Source of the DNA: an uncultured Actinomycetes bacterium
GTDB lineage: Bacteria; Actinomycetota; Thermoleophilia; UBA2241
DNA length: 64,000 nucleotides
Assembly: GCA_963709345.1 (NCBI GenBank)
Contig: CAVPVX010000003.1
Span: forward strand, 32,001 to 96,000
Direction of reading: 5' to 3'
A program made the position numbers and the translations under genes. Of the stretch, positions 41,719-51,511 are shown in pieces. A model generated the notes under the pieces. That model worked only from the letters and a program-made list of their open reading frames with translations. It ran no database searches and was not told the origin of the DNA. The first letter of the stretch is position 1, and each line of letters starts with the position of its first letter.

Positions 41719-41753
41719 CGGGCCCGGAGCGCTCGCGAAGCGCTCCGGGCCCG
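41719..41753. terminator. Hairpin between convergent genes
   Basis: CGGGCCCGGAGCGCT-cgcga-AGCGCTCCGGGCCCG 15-bp inverted repeat. Confidence 0.7.
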
Positions 41754-41780
41754 TTCGCGTGAGCCGCCCGATCGTCGCCC

Positions 41781-43520
41781 CTAGTCGGGCAGCTTCCCCC
41801 ACCCGCGGATGCGGTAGTAGTCGGCGAGCATGTAGTCCATCTCGCTCTGAGGGAACGTGAGCGCCCCCTCGTCCTCCATCGGCTTTTCGCTGACCCAGTC
41901 GGGCAGCCGCTCGGACTCGCGCCCGATGCCCCGCGCCGCGTTGAAGTCGTGCGACATCGTGATGATGCGGTTGGCCACACGGTGCAGGTCTTCCTCGGTG
42001 TAGTCGGTGCCGATGGCGGCGTTGACCACCGAGGTGATGTACGGCCAAGGCACGAGATCCCGGTAGAAGCGGCAGTAGAGCAGCGTGTCCATGATCGTGA
42101 GGCGGTCCTCCCAGTCGCAGTAGACCGCCGCCTTGCCCTCGATGGCCTGGGGGTCGAGGACCCCGGAGAGCTCGGCCTTGTAGATCGTCGCCCTCAGGTG
42201 GCAGGCGCCGCGCGTCGTCGTCGCGAAGCCCAGGCCCATGCCCTTCATCGCCCGCGGGTCGTAGCCGGCGGGCTCCATGCCCTTGACATGCACGGCGATC
42301 CCCTCAAGCCCGTACTCCTTCTCGACCCGGAGGACGCCCTCGGCCCAGATGTCGCCGATGCCCTCGCGCAGGCACATCTTGGTGAGAAACTCGCCGACGC
42401 AGTCCGGGTCGCCGAACTCCATCTTCTCGTCGATCAGGCCGCGTTGCGACGCCTCGATGGCGAGCGCGCAGAGGTTACCGGCCGTCATGCTGTCGACGCC
42501 GAGTCGGTCGCAGAGGTCGTTGAGCCACATGACCTCGGAGAGGTCGTCGATCTCGCACAGCCCGCCGAAGACATACGCGGTCTCGTATTCGGGCCCCTCG
42601 ATCTCGAGACCCTTGTGCCTCCCCTCGAACACGTGGTTGTGCTTGACGCACTTCATGACGCAGGGGGGGCACGACTCGTTGGTGGTGCCGTGCTCGGCGA
42701 GCATGGTCTCGACGGTGAGCCGCTCGAACGTCTCGAGCGAGCCCTTGCGCCAGTAGCGCGTGGGGAAGGCGTTGGCGCCGTTCATGATGCGCACCATGTT
42801 CATGGTGCCGCCACGTTGGTAGGCGGCCACGCCGGGGTTGTCCTTGGTGCTCGCCGCCATCTCCTTGACGACGGCCTTGTAGTCGGCGGGGCGAGCGACC
42901 TCGACGGGCTTGTCGCCGTGCCACACGACGCCCTTGAGATTCTTGCTGCCGAACACGGCTCCGGGGCCGCCGCGGCCGAGCTGGTGCCACTTGTTGTTGT
43001 TGACGCAGGCGAAGCGTACGAGATTCTCGCCGGCCTGGCCGATCACGCAGGCCGCGGCCTTCTTGTGGTCGGTCCGCGCGACGATCTCGTCCTCCGCCCG
43101 GTAGGCGTCGGCGCCCCACAGGTCGGCGGCGTCGTGGAACAGCAGCGCCGCTCTCGCTGACCTCGACGTAGACGGGTCCCGTCGGCCTTGCCCTCCACGA
43201 TGACGACCTTGTAGCCCGTCTTGCGCGAACTGCGGCGTGAGGTTACCGCCCGAGTAGCACTCACAATAGGCGTTGGTGAGCGGCGAGAGGAAGTAGAGGC
43301 CGTAGCGGTTGCTGCCCATCATGCTCGTGCCGGCCATGGGGCCGATCGCAAAGACCAGCTTGTTCTGCGGGCTCAGCGGGTCGACTTCGGGACCGACCTC
43401 CTCGCACAGGTAGTGCGTACCGATGCCCTTGGCGCCGATGAACTCCTCGATGAGCCGTCGCGGCACCGTCTCTTCTGCGAACGTGCGGGTAGTGAGGTCG
43501 ATACGAAGAAGGTCGCCCAT
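41781..43520 (-). CDS. Aldehyde:ferredoxin oxidoreductase family protein (W/Mo-bis-MPT); compensating indels ~43150-43225
   Basis: LRIDLT, SPLT, GRGGPGAVFGSKNLK, CPPC..KC, EGPEYET, CDRLGVD, GYDPR and RGACH; the expected GYKVVIVEGKAD segment lies in another frame. Confidence 0.92.
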   Translation of the reverse strand: MGDLLRIDLTTRTFAEETVPRRLIEEFIGAKGIGTHYLCEEVGPEVDPLSPQNKLVFAIGPMAGTSMMGSNRYGLYFLSPLTNAYCECYSGGNLTPQFAQDGLQGRHRGGQGRRDPSTSRSARAALLFHDAADLWGADAYRAEDEIVARTDHKKAAACVIGQAGENLVRFACVNNNKWHQLGRGGPGAVFGSKNLKGVVWHGDKPVEVARPADYKAVVKEMAASTKDNPGVAAYQRGGTMNMVRIMNGANAFPTRYWRKGSLETFERLTVETMLAEHGTTNESCPPCVMKCVKHNHVFEGRHKGLEIEGPEYETAYVFGGLCEIDDLSEVMWLNDLCDRLGVDSMTAGNLCALAIEASQRGLIDEKMEFGDPDCVGEFLTKMCLREGIGDIWAEGVLRVEKEYGLEGIAVHVKGMEPAGYDPRAMKGMGLGFATTTRGACHLRATIYKAELSGVLDPQAIEGKAAVYCDWEDRLTIMDTLLYCRFYRDLVPWPYITSVVNAAIGTDYTEEDLHRVANRIITMSHDFNAARGIGRESERLPDWVSEKPMEDEGALTFPQSEMDYMLADYYRIRGWGKLPD

Positions 43521-43714
43521 TCATACTCCTTTGCCGTGCGCATCCGCGGCGCTCCCTCCGCCCGGCGGGCCGCCACGGACGGCCGACCCAGCCGGCACCG
43601 CGCGTCGCGTCCCGGAACAGAAGGAGCCGCGCCCGGACTGACGTCCGCGCGCGGCTCCATTCAATCAGCTACGTCTCGCCGCGGCCAGTGGCCGGGGCGG
43701 AGTCGAAACGGCTG

Positions 43715-44836
43715 TTACACCAGCACTTTGTCCAACGGCGTGTACTTCATCTTGTGGGCCTCGGCCACGGCCGGCGTGGTGAGCTTGCCGCGGTAGACGT
43801 TCACGCCGAGAGCGAGAGCCGGATCGTCCTTGACGGCCTGCTCGAAGCCCTTGGTGGCGATCGCCAGACCGTACGGCAGCGTGCGGCCGGTCAGAGCCAG
43901 CGTCGAGGTGCGGGCCACGGCGCCGGGCATGTTGGCGACGCAGTAGTGGATGACGCCGTCGACCACATAGGTGGGGTCGGTGTGCGTCGTGGGCTTGGAG
44001 GTCTCGAAGCAGCCGCCCTGGTCGATGGCGACGTCGACGAGAACCGAACCGGGGTACATGCTCTTCAGCATGGAGCGCTTGACGAGGTGCGGAGCCTGGG
44101 CGCCGCCCGGGAGCAGCACGGCGCCGATCACGAGGTCGGCGTCGGCGATCTGCTCCTCGATCGCGGCCTCGGTCGAGAGCACGGTCTCGGCGCTGCCGCC
44201 AAAGATGTCGTCGAGGTAGGCGAGACGGTCGGCGCTGTTGTCGAGGATGACGGTACGGGCGCGCATGCCGACCGCCATCTTGGCAGCGTTGATGCCGACC
44301 GTGCCGCCGCCGATGACGACGACCTTGGCGGGAGACACACCGGTGACGCCGCCGAGAAGCACTCCGCGGCCGCCGTTGTCCTTCTGGAGATGGGTGGCGC
44401 CGGCCTGGATGGCCAGACGGCCGGCGACCTCACTCATGGGGAAGAGGAGCGGGTGAGCGCCGTTCGGCAGCTCCACGGTCTCGTAGGCGATACCGCGGAT
44501 GTCGGCTTTGAGCATCCCCTTGGTGAGATCCTTGGCGTACGCCGCGCCGAGGTGCAGGTACGTGTAGAGGATCTGGCCCTTCTTGAACAGCGGCCACTCC
44601 TGCGGGAGCGGCTCCTTGACCTTGACGATCATGTCGGACTTGGCGAAGACGTCCTCGACCTTGGCCAGCGACGCGCCGGCCGCCTTGTACGCGGCGTCAT
44701 CGAAGCCGCTGCCTACACCGGCGCCCTTCTCCACGATCACGGTGTGACCGGCGCGCACGAACTCCTTCACGCCGTTCGGCGTGACGGCTACGCGGTACTC
44801 CTCGTTCTTGATCTCCTTGGGGACACCGACGACCAT
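43715..44836 (-). CDS. ald: Alanine dehydrogenase
   Basis: GVPKEIKNEEYRV, KVKEP, YLHL, PMSEVAGR, GGGTVG, DVAIDQGGC and YCVANMPGAV. Confidence 0.96.
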   Translation of the reverse strand: MVVGVPKEIKNEEYRVAVTPNGVKEFVRAGHTVIVEKGAGVGSGFDDAAYKAAGASLAKVEDVFAKSDMIVKVKEPLPQEWPLFKKGQILYTYLHLGAAYAKDLTKGMLKADIRGIAYETVELPNGAHPLLFPMSEVAGRLAIQAGATHLQKDNGGRGVLLGGVTGVSPAKVVVIGGGTVGINAAKMAVGMRARTVILDNSADRLAYLDDIFGGSAETVLSTEAAIEEQIADADLVIGAVLLPGGAQAPHLVKRSMLKSMYPGSVLVDVAIDQGGCFETSKPTTHTDPTYVVDGVIHYCVANMPGAVARTSTLALTGRTLPYGLAIATKGFEQAVKDDPALALGVNVYRGKLTTPAVAEAHKMKYTPLDKVLV

Positions 44837-44907
44837 GACTCCTCCTCGCTCCTCATCCTGCACTTGGACTCAAGGCTTGGTGTGCGCACAGTCGCGCACG
44901 ATTGGTC

Positions 44908-44916
44908 AGTCTAGCA
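44908..44916 (-). promoter_or_regulatory. Extended -10 promoter of ald (TGcTAGACT)
   Basis: TGn-TAGACT without a recognisable -35, about 70 nt upstream of ald. Confidence 0.5.
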
Positions 44917-45169
44917 CAAGAGAGCGCCCAGAAAAGACCAAAACAACAAAGAACCGCGCACTACTGAACGACATCGTGGGGGATACGCCGAGACTCGCCT
45001 TCCGAGATGTAGCTGGCGGAGATCTGGCACCGGACGGTTTGTCCAGCACGAGGCGGCGCCCTCGGCCGTCACGGGCGCACACCGGCCGGCCCGGGCGTGT
45101 GCCCTCCCTTCCTGGCTCGGGCGACACGCCTCGTATATCGTAGCCAGAAGCCAAGGAAGGAGTCACGGC

Positions 45170-46180
45170 GTGACCGGCACGGCCAATATCGAGGGGAGCA
45201 TCACCGCCATCGCCGCCGAGCTGGGGGGCGTCGTCGGTGTCGCAGCGCGAAATCTCGCCAGCAAAGCCGGTGTCCACATCCACGCCGACGAGCTCTTTCC
45301 CATGGCCAGCTGCTTCAAGGTCCCGGTCATGGTCGAGGTCATGCGCCGGGTCGACGCCGGGGAGGTGCGGCTCGACGACCGCCTCACGCTCACCGAAGGC
45401 GACAAGAGCCCCGGGGGCACGCTGATCCACTGCCACGAGGGGCTTTGCCCCAGTGTGCGCGACCTGCTCTACCTCATGATCACCCTCAGCGACAACACCG
45501 CCACCGACATGCTGTGGCGGCTGGTCGGGCTCAAGACGGTCAACGCGACCATGCGCAGCCTCGGGCTCGAGACGATCGACTGCTCCATGCCGAATCGCGA
45601 GTACTTCCTCATCGAGTCTGGGGCCGGCGACGAGTGGCGGGGGCTGAGCGGCGCCGAGATCCTCGGCCGCTGGGGGGAGATCGAGGCGCGCGGAGAGCGC
45701 GAGGCGGCGCTCCGCCGCCTACTCGACGAGAACGCGCGCCTCGACGGCGCCGGCTTCCTGCATCTGTACGAGCGCCGATGGGGCCGGGACGAATCGCTCG
45801 GCTACGAGGACTCCTTCGTCGTGGACCAGGCGCTCGACAACAAGTGCTCGCCGCGCGACATGGCCGGCCTTCTTGCGATGATCGCGGAGGATCGCTGCGC
45901 CACAGGCCCGTCGTGCCGGCTCATGCTGCAGATCATGAGCCACCAGGAGTGGCGTGAGAAGCTGCCCGCCGGCCTGCCGGACGAGCTGTTCGTGGCCAAC
46001 AAGACGGGCGGCGTCAGCGGCACCAGCAACGACGCCGCCATCGTCTACACGCCCTCGGGCGCGCCGATCGTCATGGTCGTCTACTGGAAGGGCCTGGAAT
46101 ACGAGGCCAAGCTGCGCGCCGACAGGGCCATCGCCGCCATCGCCACCGTCGTGTACGACCACCTCGGAGAGCCGTCGTGA
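45170..46180 (+). CDS. Class A beta-lactamase-like serine hydrolase (no signal peptide)
   Basis: ASCFK (SxxK), MITLSDNTAT (SDN) and NKTG. Confidence 0.88.
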   Translation: MTGTANIEGSITAIAAELGGVVGVAARNLASKAGVHIHADELFPMASCFKVPVMVEVMRRVDAGEVRLDDRLTLTEGDKSPGGTLIHCHEGLCPSVRDLLYLMITLSDNTATDMLWRLVGLKTVNATMRSLGLETIDCSMPNREYFLIESGAGDEWRGLSGAEILGRWGEIEARGEREAALRRLLDENARLDGAGFLHLYERRWGRDESLGYEDSFVVDQALDNKCSPRDMAGLLAMIAEDRCATGPSCRLMLQIMSHQEWREKLPAGLPDELFVANKTGGVSGTSNDAAIVYTPSGAPIVMVVYWKGLEYEAKLRADRAIAAIATVVYDHLGEPS

Positions 46181-46935
46181 ACGTCGGCGGCGCGCGCATC
46201 CTCGTCATCGGCGGCGTCCGCCGGCTCGGCGGGACGGTGGCCCGGGACCTCGCCGATCTGGGCGCCGCCGTCTGCGTGACGACGCGGACACCGGACGCCG
46301 AGGCCGACGCGCAGGTCGAAGCGCTGCGCGCCGCCGGCGCCGCCGCAGCCGCCGTCGTTTTCGGAGACGCGAGCTCGGCGCCCGGCGCCTCCCGCCTGGT
46401 CCACGACGGATCCGGCGCCCTCGGTGGACTGGACGCGCTCGTGTTCGCCGCCAGCGGTCCATTTGCGCCCGCAGCTCCACACACCGTCTCCGAGACCACG
46501 TGGGACGCTTCGTTCGACACCGTCGCCAAGGGCTTCTTCTTCGCCGCGGCGGCGGCGCGCGGGCACCTGCTCGCCGTCAGGTCGCCAGGGGAACGGCCCG
46601 GAGGCGTGATCGTCGCCGTCACCGATCTGCTGGGGCTTCGGCCCTGGCCCGCGTTCGCCGCTCACAGCGCCGCGAAGGCGGCCCAGATCAACCTGGTCGG
46701 AGGGCTGGCGGGCGCGTGGGCGGACGACGGCATCCGCGTCTGCGGCGTGGCGCCGGGGCCCGTCGATCTCGAGGACGACGAACACCGTGACGCGACGCTT
46801 CGCGCGGCGCGTGGCGAGGTCGGGCGGCTCGTGCAGCCGCAGGACGTCGCCGCCGCGGTGCGCTTCTGCCTGGAAGATGAGGGCGTCACCGGTGTCAACA
46901 TCCCTGTGGACAACGGGTCGCTGCTCGGCCGCTGA
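46177..46935 (+). CDS. SDR family oxidoreductase (pteridine reductase/FolM-like)
   Basis: GGVRRLG, AHSAAK, IRVCGVAPGPV and VTG..IPVDNG. Confidence 0.8.
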   Translation: MNVGGARILVIGGVRRLGGTVARDLADLGAAVCVTTRTPDAEADAQVEALRAAGAAAAAVVFGDASSAPGASRLVHDGSGALGGLDALVFAASGPFAPAAPHTVSETTWDASFDTVAKGFFFAAAAARGHLLAVRSPGERPGGVIVAVTDLLGLRPWPAFAAHSAAKAAQINLVGGLAGAWADDGIRVCGVAPGPVDLEDDEHRDATLRAARGEVGRLVQPQDVAAAVRFCLEDEGVTGVNIPVDNGSLLGR

Positions 46936-46977
46936 GATCAAGCGGGGCGGGCCCGCGAGCCCGCCCCAGGACCGACG

Positions 46978-48633
46978 TCAGCTCGAGGCGAGCTTGCCCT
47001 TCGTGGCCCGGTCGATGAGCTCCTTCGCCCTGAGCGCGAGCCAGAACTCCATGCGATCCTGCGAGCGGTTGAGGTCGCGGCCGGTGATCTCCTCCACACG
47101 CTTCATGCGGTACCGCAGCGTGTGACGGTGCACGTAGAGCTTCTCGGCCGCGTCGCCCCAGTGGCCGTTCGCCTCGAGGAAGCAAGCAAGGCTGCGCACG
47201 AGGTCGCTGGAGTTCTGCTCGTCGTACTCCTGAAGCCTGCCGAGGACGCTGTCGTAGAACACCTCGAGCGACAGCGTGTCCTGCAGGCCCAGCAGCAGCC
47301 CGTACGACCCCAGGTCATCGAAGCTGGCGATGACACCGGGCTCGCCCTTGAGCTTGCGGATCTTGATCGCGTAACTGGCCTCGTAGTAGCTCTGACGGAG
47401 GTCGGTGAGCTGACGGTGAGGCCGGCCGATGCCGATCGAGACGGAGATCTCCGGGAGCATCTCGCCGATCACGCCCTGCAGCTCGCCGGCGAGAGCGATC
47501 AGCGCCGGAGCGTCAAGCGCGCCGGGCTGGACGAGTACCACGACGGAGTCGCTGCGCGACGCACTGATGAACAGGGTCTCGCGCTTCGCCATGAACTCGT
47601 CGACCGCCCAGTGCAGGCGCTCTTTGACGTCCTGGACGACGACCTCGGTGCGGTCCGGAACGGCGTCGGGCTCCTCGTCCAGCCCGTCGATGCCCACGAG
47701 GATGATGAGGTGCGGCGACTGCGGCTCGAGCCCGAAGAAGGCTAGCCGCCTCGCTATCTCCTCCTCGTACAGGTCGCTGGCGATGAGCTCGTCGAAGAAA
47801 TCGCCGGCGAGGCGCTTCTCGGTCTCGGCGACCGCCTTCTTCTTCACCAGTTCCAGCGCGGTCACGGTGACGACGTTGTGCAGGATGATGCGGTCGTACT
47901 CGCTGAAGTCGCCGCTGTCCTTGACCGCCGCGAGGAAGGCGCCGATGCGGTGCGACGCGACCACCGGATAGACCTGCACGCCCGATCCGACGCCCTCCAT
48001 GCTGAGAGCGAAGTTCTGGCGGTCGGCGCGCCGGTCGCTGATCTGGCGCCACAGGTCGGCGATGTGCTCGCCGCCCACGTGACGCCGGTAGGCGGCCTCG
48101 CAGAGGACGACGCCGTGGAAGTCGAAGAGCACGGCCGAGCAGCCGACCAGGGCCGAGAGCGTGGAGAGGATGGCCTCGAGCCCCTTCTCCTCGAGGACGA
48201 TCTTGGTGAGCTTCTCGTGCACCGCGAGGCTCCGCTGCAGGAGCGAGTACTGCTCGTTCACGATCTTCGAGGCGACCGCCTCGGTGATGGCGATGAACGG
48301 TATGTGGTACGGCACCTCGAACAGCGGGAAGTCGTACTCCTCGGCCACTCTGACCAGCGCCGGCGGGACCTTGTCGAAGCTGAAGCCGGTGCCGAAACCA
48401 AGACCGGAGATGTTGTGGTCGATCAGTTGCTTGAGCTGCTCGACCTGCTGCTCCTCCTCCCCGACGAAACCGTACCCGGTGGTCAGCAGGAGCTCACCGC
48501 CCTTGAGCCACTTGGTCGCGTCCGGGATCTCGGTGATGTGCACCCAGCGCACGGGGTTGCTGGTCGACGAGTGCCCGGCCAGCAGGCGCAGGTTGAGCTC
48601 GGAGATCTCGAGGATGTCCTGGACGGTGATCAT
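46978..48633 (-). CDS. PucR/CdaR family transcriptional regulator
   Basis: VRWVHITE..WLKGGELLLTTG PucR domain; C-terminal AAEKLYVHRHTLRYRMKRVEEITG HTH. Confidence 0.94.
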   Translation of the reverse strand: MITVQDILEISELNLRLLAGHSSTSNPVRWVHITEIPDATKWLKGGELLLTTGYGFVGEEEQQVEQLKQLIDHNISGLGFGTGFSFDKVPPALVRVAEEYDFPLFEVPYHIPFIAITEAVASKIVNEQYSLLQRSLAVHEKLTKIVLEEKGLEAILSTLSALVGCSAVLFDFHGVVLCEAAYRRHVGGEHIADLWRQISDRRADRQNFALSMEGVGSGVQVYPVVASHRIGAFLAAVKDSGDFSEYDRIILHNVVTVTALELVKKKAVAETEKRLAGDFFDELIASDLYEEEIARRLAFFGLEPQSPHLIILVGIDGLDEEPDAVPDRTEVVVQDVKERLHWAVDEFMAKRETLFISASRSDSVVVLVQPGALDAPALIALAGELQGVIGEMLPEISVSIGIGRPHRQLTDLRQSYYEASYAIKIRKLKGEPGVIASFDDLGSYGLLLGLQDTLSLEVFYDSVLGRLQEYDEQNSSDLVRSLACFLEANGHWGDAAEKLYVHRHTLRYRMKRVEEITGRDLNRSQDRMEFWLALRAKELIDRATKGKLASS

Positions 48634-48737
48634 GCCGGAGATTCTACACGATGTCCTAGTACAGCGCGAGGGTCACGGCCGGGAAACGCCGCCGGCCTTT
48701 GTACGTTCTGGCAGAGAGCAGAGGCGGCCGCGCGCCG

Positions 48738-50378
48738 TCAACGCCGCTGGAGGACGCGGCCCGGCAGGCTGCCGGTGTGCTCCCCGTCGGCGATCACGGG
48801 GTCCCCGTTGACGAACACCCAGTCGATGCCCTCAGGTGACCGGTGCGGGACATTCTCGAAGGGGAAACGATGTGGAGACGGATTGGTCGCGCGATCGCGC
48901 ACGCGGTCGAGGTCGAACACGGCGATGTCGGCCTTGAGCCCCGGGCGCAGCACGCCGCGATCGTACAGCCTGAAGCGCTGCGCGGGGAAGGACGTCATCT
49001 TGCGGATCGCTTCTTCCAGACGCAGGACGGGCTCGTCGCGCACGTAGCGCTCGAGGATCCCCGGGTACTCGCCGTAACTGCACGGCCAGTAGAGCCCGGG
49101 GTCGTCGAGTTCCTCGGGCGGCGCCATGACCAGGCCGTCGGAGCACACCATCGCCACAGGGCTCTGCAGCAGCGCCCGGATGTTGCTCTCTTCGATGTAC
49201 TCGAAGATGCCGACGATCTGATCGTCTTCTTCGACGATGAGGTCGAGATAGGTATCGAAAGCGTCGGCTCCCCGCTCGGCGGCGATGTCGGCGACCGAGC
49301 GCCCTCGATACTCCGGATGGCGGCCGGCGTGGAGGATGACGATACGGTCGAAGCGGCCGTGGCGGACCACACCCGTGTAGCCGGCGCCGGGCAACTGGTC
49401 CTCGAGGACGGCGCGGCGCAGGTTCGGCCGCTCGCGCCGCTCGGCGAGCAGGGCGAGCAGGGCGTCGTGACCGAGGTCGAGGATGGGTTGCGGGAGCGCC
49501 CTCGAGAGTCTTGGCGCGAGCTCCGTGTGGACGTCGTTGTCGGTCGTGACGTCCATGCCCTCGCGCCGCGCGGCCTCGATGAGCGCCAGATTGGCGGATG
49601 CGTCCTCGGGGGCGCCCCACTTGGGCGCGTTGTGCGAGACCTCGACGGCGATCCCGGCGCGGCGGCCGATGTCGATCGCCTCGGCGACCGATGCGAGGAT
49701 CGTCTCGCGTTCGCCGCGCACGTGCGACGCGTAGATGCCGTCGTAGCGGGAGACGACCCGGCACAGACGGACGATCTCCTCGGTGCCCGCGAAGCACCCC
49801 GGCGGGTACACGAGGCCGGTCGACAGACCGTGGGCGCCGGCGCGCATCGCCGCGTCGACGTGCCGCTCCATGCGCTCCAACTCACGCTCCGTGGCAGGGC
49901 GCTCGGCGAGGCCCATGACCGCGAGCCGCACCGCGCCGTGGCCGAGGAGCGGCGCGATGTTGATCGCGCCCCCCGCCCGCCCGAGCGCCGCGAGATACTG
50001 GCGGAAGCTCTTCCAGTCCCAGTCGACGCCGGAGATGTCCCAGTAGTGCCCCCAGTTGTGCAGCGCCGCCTCGCGGTGGGCGGCGCTCAGCGGAGCCGCG
50101 GACATGCCGCAGTTGCCTGTGACGTGCGTGGTGACGCCCTGCCTCACCGCCGTCTCGGCGCGCGGATGCTGCAGGATCGAGATGTCCGAGTGCGTGTGCG
50201 GGTCGACGAACCCGGGCGTCACGTAGCGGCCGTCGGCGTCGATCACCTGCCGGCCACGCAGCGACCCCGCCGCGCCGATCGCCGCGACACGGTCCCCGCG
50301 CACCCCCACGTCGGCGAAGTACCAGGGATTGCCGCAGCCGTCGACGACGCGCCCTCCCGCAATGACCACATCGTGCAT
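48738..50378 (-). CDS. N-acyl-D-amino-acid deacylase (D-aminoacylase) family amidohydrolase
   Basis: PGFVDPHTHSD, GVTT..GNCG, STGL.YPPG, SHVRGE, AIRKMTSFPA and RG.L..G.KADI. Confidence 0.9.
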   Translation of the reverse strand: MHDVVIAGGRVVDGCGNPWYFADVGVRGDRVAAIGAAGSLRGRQVIDADGRYVTPGFVDPHTHSDISILQHPRAETAVRQGVTTHVTGNCGMSAAPLSAAHREAALHNWGHYWDISGVDWDWKSFRQYLAALGRAGGAINIAPLLGHGAVRLAVMGLAERPATERELERMERHVDAAMRAGAHGLSTGLVYPPGCFAGTEEIVRLCRVVSRYDGIYASHVRGERETILASVAEAIDIGRRAGIAVEVSHNAPKWGAPEDASANLALIEAARREGMDVTTDNDVHTELAPRLSRALPQPILDLGHDALLALLAERRERPNLRRAVLEDQLPGAGYTGVVRHGRFDRIVILHAGRHPEYRGRSVADIAAERGADAFDTYLDLIVEEDDQIVGIFEYIEESNIRALLQSPVAMVCSDGLVMAPPEELDDPGLYWPCSYGEYPGILERYVRDEPVLRLEEAIRKMTSFPAQRFRLYDRGVLRPGLKADIAVFDLDRVRDRATNPSPHRFPFENVPHRSPEGIDWVFVNGDPVIADGEHTGSLPGRVLQRR

Positions 50379-50398
50379 GCTCACGGCTCGCCCCAGTC

Positions 50399-51508
50399 CT
50401 ACATCTGGAAGATCTGGTACGAGTTCTCGCACGGCGCGCCCGCGCAGGCGTACAGGCGACGCTCGTCGAGGTCGCAGATCATGCTGCCGACCGTCATGCC
50501 CTGCTCGGCCGGCGGCTCGCTCTCGTCCGGGTGGCCGCAGATCGCCATCTCTGGTGAGGGCTCGTGACAGCGCAGCACGCCGGCGGCGAGCGCGACGGGG
50601 TCGTCGCCGGCGGCGATGCCCTCGGCGAGCATGCGCTCCGCCGTGGCCAGGCGCACGACCGACTCCTCGTGCGCGGCTCCCTCGAAGGGCGTCATGGCCG
50701 GCGCGACGTAGTGATTGGTGTGAGCCATGAAGCCCGCCGGACTGTGGTCCATGAAGGCGTGACTCGTGGCGGAGGTCTCGACGTCCCACAGCCTCCCGCA
50801 CGTGTCGGCGAGGAAGTGATTGGTGCCCCGGGCGCGGGCCGCCAGCAACCCGCGCGCCCGCGCCTCCTCGAGAGTCGGCGCATCCAGGGTCGCCCGGCGC
50901 ACGAAGGCGTTGGGCACGCCGACGCGATTGTCCTTGGAGTGCACCGAGTTGCTCACGCTGGCGACGCCGTGTGAGTTCATCCCCAGCATGAGGAGATAGG
51001 GGGCGCCGGCCAGGCCCATGACACGGGTGCCGTCCGGCCCTGTGAGGTCGAACAGGACGTTGTTGACGGCGTCGATCACGTACCAGTCCATGTTGTGGCC
51101 GACGATGTGACGGCCGCCGCTGACGACCGCCACGGCCGTGCAGTGGTCGCCGCCGCGAAGCGAGCCGGGCGAGAGCGCCCGGCCGTCACCGACGGGCTCG
51201 TCGGAGGTGAACTCCTCGCCGCAGTTCGGCACGAGAACGTGGCCCAGCGGCAGGCCGGCGCCCTCGGCGAGACCCTCGAGTTCGTCCATCTGCCGCGGCA
51301 GCCGGCGGCCGGCGGCCTTGGCGTACGCAAGAGCCTCGCGCTCCGCGTCGGCGAAGGTGAGCCGTCCGCGCGTCATCGCCTCGAAGTGGTCGCGAAAAAA
51401 GGTGACCGAGGCGCGCACCTGCTCCCGTGCCGCTTCACCGACGGCGCGTCCGAGTTCCCGGTGGGAGCCTCGGGCCTGCACGTGGACGAAGGGGATGGGC
51501 GTCGTCAT
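50399..51508 (-). CDS. C45 family Ntn-hydrolase (acyl-CoA:6-APA acyltransferase-like)
   Basis: GSHRELG, ELEGLAEGAG, CTAVAV nucleophile, GHNMDW, GMNSHG and HTNHY. Confidence 0.88.
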   Translation of the reverse strand: MTTPIPFVHVQARGSHRELGRAVGEAAREQVRASVTFFRDHFEAMTRGRLTFADAEREALAYAKAAGRRLPRQMDELEGLAEGAGLPLGHVLVPNCGEEFTSDEPVGDGRALSPGSLRGGDHCTAVAVVSGGRHIVGHNMDWYVIDAVNNVLFDLTGPDGTRVMGLAGAPYLLMLGMNSHGVASVSNSVHSKDNRVGVPNAFVRRATLDAPTLEEARARGLLAARARGTNHFLADTCGRLWDVETSATSHAFMDHSPAGFMAHTNHYVAPAMTPFEGAAHEESVVRLATAERMLAEGIAAGDDPVALAAGVLRCHEPSPEMAICGHPDESEPPAEQGMTVGSMICDLDERRLYACAGAPCENSYQIFQM

Positions 51509-51511
51509 GGC

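Noticed and set aside
43689-43714. Sequence resembling a tRNA 3' end (TTCGACTCCGCCCCGGCCAC on the minus strand) as a possible att site
   Set aside because: The T-stem does not pair, there is no integrase, and it does not match either tRNA in the window; a chance match in GC-rich DNA is likely.
45170-46180. Antibiotic-resistance beta-lactamase regulated by the BlaI protein
   Set aside because: The protein lacks a signal peptide, has a long insertion in the omega-loop region and lies 40 kb from BlaI; a cytoplasmic serine hydrolase is more likely.
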